Shown here: piece after piece, positions 54,801 to 64,000 of the stretch
Layout of the letters: every line of letters starts with the position of its first letter
Numbering within the stretch: position 1 is the first letter of the stretch
Origin: Eledone cirrhosa
Lineage: Eukaryota
Assembly (NCBI GenBank): GCA_964016885.1
Contig: OZ024754.1
Location: 15,562,001 to 15,626,000, forward strand
Direction: 5' to 3'
Length of the DNA stretch: 64,000 nucleotides
The notes under the pieces: generated by a model
Seen by the model: the letters and a program-made list of their open reading frames with translations, nothing else
The model's database searches: none
What the model was told of the DNA's origin: nothing
Program-made: the position numbers and the translations under genes

Positions 54801-57800
54801 GGTACTGTCATAGAACATAGTACTGTCATAGAACATGGTACTGTCATAGAACATGGCACTGTCACAGGACATGGTACTGTCTTAGAACGTGGTACTGTCA
54901 TAGAACATGGTACTGTCATATAACATGGTACTGTCATAGAACATGGTACTCTCATAGAACATGGTACTGTCACAGAACATGGTACTGTCACAGGACATGG
55001 TACTGTCACAGAACATGGAACTGTCACAGAACATGGTACTGTCATAGAACATGGCACTGTCATAGAACATGGTACTGTCATAGAACATGGAACTGTCATA
55101 GAACATGGTATTGTCATAGAACATGGTACTGTCATAGAACATGGTACTGTCGCAGAACATGGTACTGCCATAGAACATGGTACTGTCGCAGAACATGGTA
55201 CTGTCACAGAACATGGTACTGTCACAGAACATGGTACTGTCATAGAACATGGCACTGTCACAGAACATGGTACTGTCATAGAACATGGTAATGTCATAGA
55301 ACATGGAACTGTCATAAAACATGATATTGACATAGAACATGGTACTGTCATAGAACATGGTACTGTCACAGAACATGGTACTGTCATAGAACATGGTACT
55401 GTCATAGAACATGGTACTGTCATAGAACATGGTAGTGTCATAGAACATGGTACTGTCATAGAACATGGAACTGTCATAGAACATGGTACTGTCATATAAC
55501 ATGGTACTGCCATAGAACTTGGTACTGTCACAGAACATGGTACTGTCACAGAACATGGTACTGTCATAGAACATGGTACTGTCATAGAACATGGTAGTGT
55601 CATAGAACATGGTACTGTCACAAAACATGGAACTGTCATAGAACATGGTACTGTCATATAACATGGTACTGCCATAGAACTTGGTACTGTCACAGAAAAT
55701 GGTACTGTCACAGAACATGGTACTGTCATAGAACATGGTACTGTCATAGAACATGGTACTGTCATAGAACATGGTACTGTCATAGAACATGATACTGTCA
55801 TAGAACATTGTACTGTCATAGAACATGGTACTGTCATAGAACATGATACTGTCATAGAACATGGTACTGTCATAGAACATGGTACTGTCATAGAACATGG
55901 TACTGTCATAGAACATGGTACTGTCATAGAACATGATACTGTCATAGAACATTGTACTGTCATAGAACATGGTACTGTCATAGAACATGGTACTGTCATA
56001 TAACATGTAACTGTCATATAACATGGTACTGTCACAGAACATGTTACTCTCTTAGAACATGGTACTGTCACAGAACATGGTACTGCCATAGAAGATGGTA
56101 CTGTGACAGAACATGGTACTGTCATAGAACATGGTACTGTCACAGAACATGGTACTGTCACAGAACATGGTACTGTCATAGAACATTGTAATGTCATAGA
56201 ACATGGTACTGTCATTGAACATGGTACTGTCATAGAACATGGAACTGTCATAGAACATGGTACTGTCATAGAACATGTTACTGTCATAGAACATGGTACA
56301 GTCACAGAACATGGTACTGTCATAGAACATGGTACTGTCATAGAACATGGTACTGTCACAGAACATGGTACTGTCATAGAACATGGTACTGTCATAGAAC
56401 ATGGTACTTTCATAGAACATGGTACTGTCACAAAACATGGAACTGACATAGAACATTATTGTGTCACAGAACATGGTACTGTCATATCACATGGTACTGT
56501 CAGAGAACATGGTACTGTCATAGAACATGGTACTGTAATAGAACATGGTACTGTCACAGAACATGGTACTGTCGTAGAACATGGTACTGTCACAGAACAT
56601 GGTACTGTCGCAGAAGATGGTACTGCCATAGAACTTGGTACTGTCACAGAATATGGTACTGTCACAAAACATTGTACTGTCATAGAACATGGTACTGTCA
56701 CAGAACATGGTACTGTCATATAACATGGTACTGCCATAGAACTTGGTACTGTCAAAGAACATGGTACTGTCATAGAACATGGTACTGTCACAGAACATGG
56801 TATTGTCATAGAACATGGTACTCTCACAGAACATGGTAGTGTCATAGAACATGGTACTGTCATAGAACATGGTACTGCCATAGAACATGGTACTGTCACA
56901 GAACATGGTACTGTCATAGAACATGGTACTGTCACAGAACATGGTACTCTCGTAGAATATGGTACTGTCATAGAACATGGTACTGTCATAGAACATGGTA
57001 CTCTCATACAACATGGTACTGTCATAGAACATGGTACTCTCATAGAATAAGATACTGCAATAGAACATGGTACTTTCACAGAACATGGTACTGTCATAGA
57101 ACATGGTACTGTCATAGAACATGGTACTGTCATAGAACATGGTATTGTCACAGAACATGGTACTGTCATAGAACATGGTACTGTCATAGAACATGGTACT
57201 GTCTCAGAACATAGTACTGTCATAGAACATGGTACTATCACAGAAAATGGTACTCTCATAGAACATGGTACTGTCATAGAACATGGTACTGTCATAGAAC
57301 ATGGTACTCTCATACAACATGGTACTCTCATAGAACATCTTACTGTCATAGAATAAGATACTGCAATAGAACATGGTACTTTCACAGAACATGGTACTGT
57401 CATAGAACATGGTACTGTCATAGAACATGGTACTGTCATAGAACATGGTATTGTCACAGAACATGGTACTGTCATAGAACATGGTACTCTCATAGAACAT
57501 GGTACTCTCATAGAACATGGTACTGTCACAGAACATTGTACTGTCATAGAACATGGTACTGCCATAGAACATTGTACTGTCACAGAACGTGGTACTATCA
57601 TAGAACATGGTACTGTCACAGAACATTGTACTGTCTTATAACATGGTACTGTCTCAGAATATGGTACTGTCATAGAACATGGTACTGTCATAGAACATGG
57701 TACTGTCACAGAACATGGTACTGTCTTAGAACGTGGTACTGTCATAGAACATGGTACTGTCACAGAACATGGTACTGTCATAGAACATGGTACTGTCATA

Positions 57801-60800
57801 GAACATGGTACTGTCATAGATCATGGTACTGTCACAGAACATGGTACTCTCTTAGAACATGGTACTGTCACAGAACATGGTACTGTCATAGAACATGGTA
57901 CTGTCATAGAACATGGTACTGTCACAGAACATGGTACTGTCACAGAACATGGTACTGTCATACAACATGGTACTGTCATAGAACATAGTACTGTCATAGA
58001 ACATGGTACTGTCATAGAACATGGCACTGTCACAGAACATGGTACTGTCTTAGAACGTGGTACTGTCACAGAACATGGTACTGTCATATAACATGGTACT
58101 GTCATAGAACATGGTACTCTCATAGAACATGGTACTGTCACAGAACATGGTACTGTCACAGGACATGGTACTGTCATAGAACATGGTACTGTCACAGAAC
58201 ATGGTACTGTCATAGAACATAGTACTCTCATAGAACATGGTACTCTCATAGCACATGGTACTGTCACAGAACATTGTACTGTCATAGAACATGGTACTGT
58301 CATAGAACATGGTACTGTAATAGAACATGGTACTCTCATAGAACATGGTACTGTCACAGAACATTGTACTGTCACAGAACATGGTACTGTCATAGAACAT
58401 GGTACTGTCATAGAACATGGTACTGTAATAGAACATGGTACTCTCATAGAACATGGTACTGTCATAGAACATTGTACTGTCACAGAACATGGTACTGTCA
58501 TAGAACATGGTACTCTCATAGAACATGGTACTCTCATAGAACATGGTACTCTCATAGAACATGGTACTGTCATAGAACATGGTACTCTCATAGAACATGG
58601 TACTGTCATAGAACATGGTACTGTCACAGAACATGGTACTGTCATAGAACATGGTACTGTCATAGAACAGTGTACTCTCACAGAACATGGTACTGTCACA
58701 GAACATGGTACTGTCATAGAACATGGTACTGTCACAGAACATGGTACTGTCATAGAACATGGTACTGTCATAGAACATGGCACTGTCACAGAACATGGTA
58801 CTGTCTTAGAACGTGGTACTGTCACAGAACATGGTACTGTCATATAACATGGTACTGTCATAGAACATGGTACTCTCATAGAACATGGTACTGTCACAGA
58901 ACATGGTACTGTCACAGAACATGGTACTGTCATAGAACATGGTACTGTAATAGAACATGGTACTCTCATAGAACATGGTACTGTCACAGAACATTGTACT
59001 GTCACAGAACATGGTACTGTCATAGAACATGGTACTGTCATAGAACATGGTACTGTAATAGAACATGGTACTCTCATAGAACATCGTACTGTCATAGAAC
59101 ATTGTACTGTCACAGAACATGGTACTGTCATAGAACATGGTACTCTCATAGAACATGGTACTCTCATAGAACATGGTACTCTCATAGAACATGGTACTGT
59201 CACAGAACATGGTACTGTCATAGAACATGGTACTCTCATAGAACATGGTACTCTCATAGAACATGGTACTGTCATAGAACATGGTACTGTCATAGAACAT
59301 GGTACTGTCATAGAACATGGTACTGTCATAGAACATGGTACTGTCACAGAACATTGTACTGTCACAGAACATGGGTACTGTCATAGAACATGGTACTGTC
59401 ATAGAACATGGTACTGTCATAGAATATGGTACTATCATAGAACATGGTACTCTCATAGAACATGGTACTGTCACAGAACATGGAACTGTCATAGAATATG
59501 GTATTGTCATAGAACATGGTACTGTCGCAGAACATGTTACTGTCACAGAACATGGTACTGTCACAGAACATGGTACTGTCATAGAACATTGTACTGTCAT
59601 AGAACATGGTACTGTCACAGAACATGGTACTGTCATAGAACATGGTACTGTCATAGAACATGGTAGTGTCATAGAACATGGTACTGTCACAAAACATGGA
59701 ACTGTCATAGAACATGGTACTGTCATATAACATGGTACTGCCATAGAACTTGGTACTGTCACAGAACATGGTACTGTCACAGAACATGGTACTGTCATAG
59801 AACATGGTACTGTCATAGAACATGGTACTGTCATAGAACATGGTACTGTCATAGAACATGATACTGTCATAGAACATTGTACTGTCATAGAACATGGTAC
59901 TGTCATAGAACATGATACTGTCATAGAACATGGTACTGTCATAGAACATGGTACTGTCATAGAACATGGTACTGTCATAGAACATGGTACTGTCATAGAA
60001 CATGATACTGTCATAGAACATTGTACTGTCATAGAACATGGTACTGTCATATAACATGTAACTATCATATAACATGGTACTGTCACAGAACATGTTACTC
60101 TCTTAGAACATGGTACTGTCACAGAACATGGTACTGCCATAGAAGATGGTACTGTGACAGAACATGGTACTGTCATAGAACATGGTACTGTCACAGAACA
60201 TGGTACTGTCACAGAACGTGGTACTGTCATAGAACATTGTACTGTCATAGAACATGGTACTGTCATAGAACATGGTACTGTCATAGAACATGGAACTGTC
60301 ATAGAACATGGTACTGTCATAGAACATATTACTGTCATAGAACATGGTACAGTCACAGAACATGGTACTGTCATAGAACATGGTACTGTCATAGAACATG
60401 GTACTGTCACAGAACATGGTACTGTCATAGAACATGGTACTGTCATAGAACATGGTACTGTCATAGAACATGGTACTGTCACAAAACATGGAACTGACAT
60501 AGAACATTATTGTGTCACAGAACATGGTACTGTCATATCACATGGTACTGTCACAGAACATGGTACTGTCATAGAACATGGTACTGTAATAGAACATGGT
60601 ACTGTCATAGAACATGGTACGGTAATAGAACATGGTACTGTCACAGAACATGGTACTGCCATAGAACTTGGCACTGTCATAGAACATGGTACTGTCACAG
60701 AACATGGTACTGTCACAGAACATGGTACTGTCGTAGAACATGGTACTGTCACAGAACATGGTACTGTCGCAGAAGATGGTACTGCCATAGAACTTGGTAC

Positions 60801-63800
60801 TGTCACAGAATATGGTACTGTCACAAAACATTGTACTGTCATAGAACATGGTACTGTCACAGAACATGGTACTGTCATATAACATGGTACTGCCATAGAA
60901 CTTGGTACTGTCACAGAACATGGTACTGTCATAGAACATGGTACTGTCACAGAACATGGTATTGTCATAGAACATGGTACTCTCACAGAACATGGTAGTG
61001 TCATAGAACATGGTACTGTCATAGAACATGGTACTGCCATAGAACATGGTACTGTCACAGAACATGGTACTGTCATAGAACATGGTACTGTCACAGAACA
61101 TGGTACTCTCATAGAATATGGTACTGTCATAGAACATGGTACTGTCATAGAACATGGTACTCTCATACAACATGGTACTGTCATAGAACATGGTACTCTC
61201 ATAGAATAAGATACTGCAATAGAACATGGTACTTTCACAGAACATGGTACTGTCATAGAACATGGTACTGTCATAGAACATGGTATTGTCACAGAACATG
61301 GTACTGTCATAGAACATGGTACTGTCATAGAACATGGTACTGTCTCAGAACATAGTACTGTCATAGAACATGGTACTGTCACAGAAAATGGTACTCTCAT
61401 AGAACATGGTACTGTCATAGAACATGGTACTGTCATAGAACATGGTACTCTCGTACAACATGGTACTGTCATAGAACATGGTACTGTCATAGAATAAGAT
61501 ACTGCAATAGAACATGGTACTTTCACAGAACATGGTACTGTCATAGAACATGGTACTGTCATAGAACATGGTACTGTCATAGAACATGGTATTGTCACAG
61601 AACATGGTACTGTCATAGAACATGGTACTCTCATAGAACATGGTACTCTCATAGAACATGGTACTGTCACAGAACATTGTACTGTCACAGAACGTGGTAC
61701 TGTCATAGAACATGGTACTCTCATAGAACATGGTACTTTCAAAGAACATGGTACTGTCTTATAACATGGTACTGTCTCAGAATATGGTACTGTCATAGAA
61801 CATGGTACTGTCATAGAACATGGTACTGTCACAGAACATGGTACTGTCTTAGAACGTGGTACTGTCATAGAACATGGTACTGTCACAGAACATGGTACTG
61901 TCATAGAACATGGTACTGTCATAGAACATGGTACTGTCATAGAACATGGTACTGTCACAGAACATGGTACTCTCTTAGAACATGGTACTGTCACAGAACA
62001 TGGTAGTGTCATAGAACATGGTACTGTCATAGAACATGGTACTGTCACAGAACATGGTACTGTCACAGAACATGGTACTGTCATACAACATGGTACTGTC
62101 ACAGAACATAGTACTGTCATAGAACATGGTACTGTCATAGAACATGGCACTGTCACAGAACATGGTACTGTCTTAGAACGTGGTACTGTCACAGAACATG
62201 GTACTGTCATATAACATGGTACTGTCATAGAACATGGTACTCTCATAGAACATGGTTCTGTCACAGAACATGGTACTGTCACAGGGCATGGTACTGTCAT
62301 AGAACATGGTACTGTCACAGAACATGGTACTGTCATAGAACATAGTACTCTCATAGAACATGGTACTCTCATAGCACATGGTACTGTCACAGAACATTGT
62401 ACTGTCATAGAACATGGTACTGTCATAGAACATGGTACTGTAATAGAACATGGTACTCTCATAGAACATGGTACTGTCACAGAACATTGTACTGTCACAG
62501 AACATGGTACTGTCATAGAACATGGTACTGTCATAGAACATGGTACTGTAATAGAACATGGTACTCTCATAGAACATGGTACTGTCATAGAACATTGTAC
62601 TGTCACAGAACATGGTACTGTCATAGAACATGGTACTCTCATAGAACATGGTACTCTCATAGAACATGGTACTCTCATAGAACATGGTACTGTCATAGAA
62701 CATGGTACTCTCATAGAACATGGTACTGTCATAGAACATGGTACTGTCACAGAACATGGTACTGTCATAGAACATGGTACTGTCATAGAACAGTGTACTG
62801 TCACAGAACATGGTACTGTCACAGAACATGGTACTGTCATAGAACATGGTACTGTCACAGAACATGGTACTGTCATAGAACATGGTACTGTCATAGAACA
62901 TGGCACTGTCACAGAACATGGTACTGTCTTAGAACGTGGTACTGTCACAGAACATGGTACTGTCATAGAACATGGTACTGTAATAGAACATGGTACTCTC
63001 ATAGAACATGGTACTGTCATAGAACATTGTACTGTCACAGAACATGGTACTGTCATAGAACATGGTACTCTCATAGAACATGGTACTCTCATAGAACATG
63101 GTACTCTCATAGAACATGGTACTGTCATAGAACATGGTACTCTCATAGAACATGGTACTGTCATAGAACATGGTACTGTCACAGAACATGGTACTGTCAT
63201 AGAACATGGTACTGTCATAGAACAGTGTACTCTCACAGAACATGGTACTGTCACAGAACATGGTACTGTCATAGAACATGGTACTGTCACAGAACATGGT
63301 ACTGTCATAGAACATGGTACTGTCATAGAACATGGCACTGTCACAGAACATGGTACTGTCTTAGAACGTGGTACTGTCACAGAACATGGTACTGTCATAT
63401 AACATGGTACTGTCATAGAACATGGTACTCTCATAGAACATGGTACTGTCACAGAACATGGTACTGTCACAGAACATGGTACTGTCATAGAACATGGTAC
63501 TGTAATAGAACATGGTACTCTCATAGAACATGGTACTGTCACAGAACATTGTACTGTCACAGAACATGGTACTGTCATAGAACATGGTACTGTCATAGAA
63601 CATGGTACTGTAATAGAACATGGTACTCTCATAGAACATCGTACTGTCATAGAACATGGTACTCTCATAGAACATGGTACTCTCATAGAACATGGTACTG
63701 TCATAGAACATGGTACTCTCATAGAATAAGATACTGCAATAGAACATGGTACTTTCACAGAACATGGTACTGTCATAGAACATGGTACTGTCACAGAACA

Positions 63801-64000
63801 TGGTACTGTCACAGAACATGGTACTGTCATAGAACATGGTACTCTCATAGAACATGGTACTCTCATAGAACATGGTACTGTCATAGAACATGGTACTGTC
63901 ATAGAACATGGTACTGTCATAGAACATGGTACTGTCATAGAACATGGTACTGTCACAGAACATTGTACTGTCACAGAACATGGGTACTGTCATAGAACAT
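42805..64000. repeat. 18-bp satellite (ATAGAACATGGTACTGTC)n, >21 kb, ~1180 units, with higher-order duplications; runs off the window
   Basis: Direct reading; source of the (MFYDST)n, (CSMTVP)n, (IEHGTV)n and (HRTWYC)n pseudo-ORFs. Confidence 0.98.

Noticed and set aside
42805-64000. Steroid-receptor (AGAACA) or p53-like (GAACATG) sites in the satellite unit
   Set aside because: Half-site spacing and flanks do not match the consensus; likely chance.

Overview
AT-rich, extremely repetitive animal genomic DNA. The SINE families suggest an octopod cephalopod (inference from recalled SINE sequences). The only host gene I can support is the 5' part of a shugoshin (SGO) gene on the + strand: exon 1 at 40562-40598 spliced to exon 2 at 41980-42188. 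A >21 kb 18-bp satellite with higher-order structure follows and runs off the window end. The rest is transposon-derived: a decayed R4/Dong-type RLE retrotransposon, a CR1/L2-group LINE, an RTE fragment, a Tigger/pogo fossil, non-autonomous Helitrons, tRNA-derived SINEs (several have seeded tandem arrays) and a decayed Penelope-like element (PLE) with inverted pLTRs. The most notable signal is a set of type I hammerhead ribozyme motifs, read by eye: about 7 well-formed copies plus remnants, two with the compensatory U3-A8 core. Most lie in short palindromic PLE-type footprints next to (TA)n/(TG)n tracts. Nearly all long ORFs in the supplied track are repeat artefacts. No database searches or folding programs were run.
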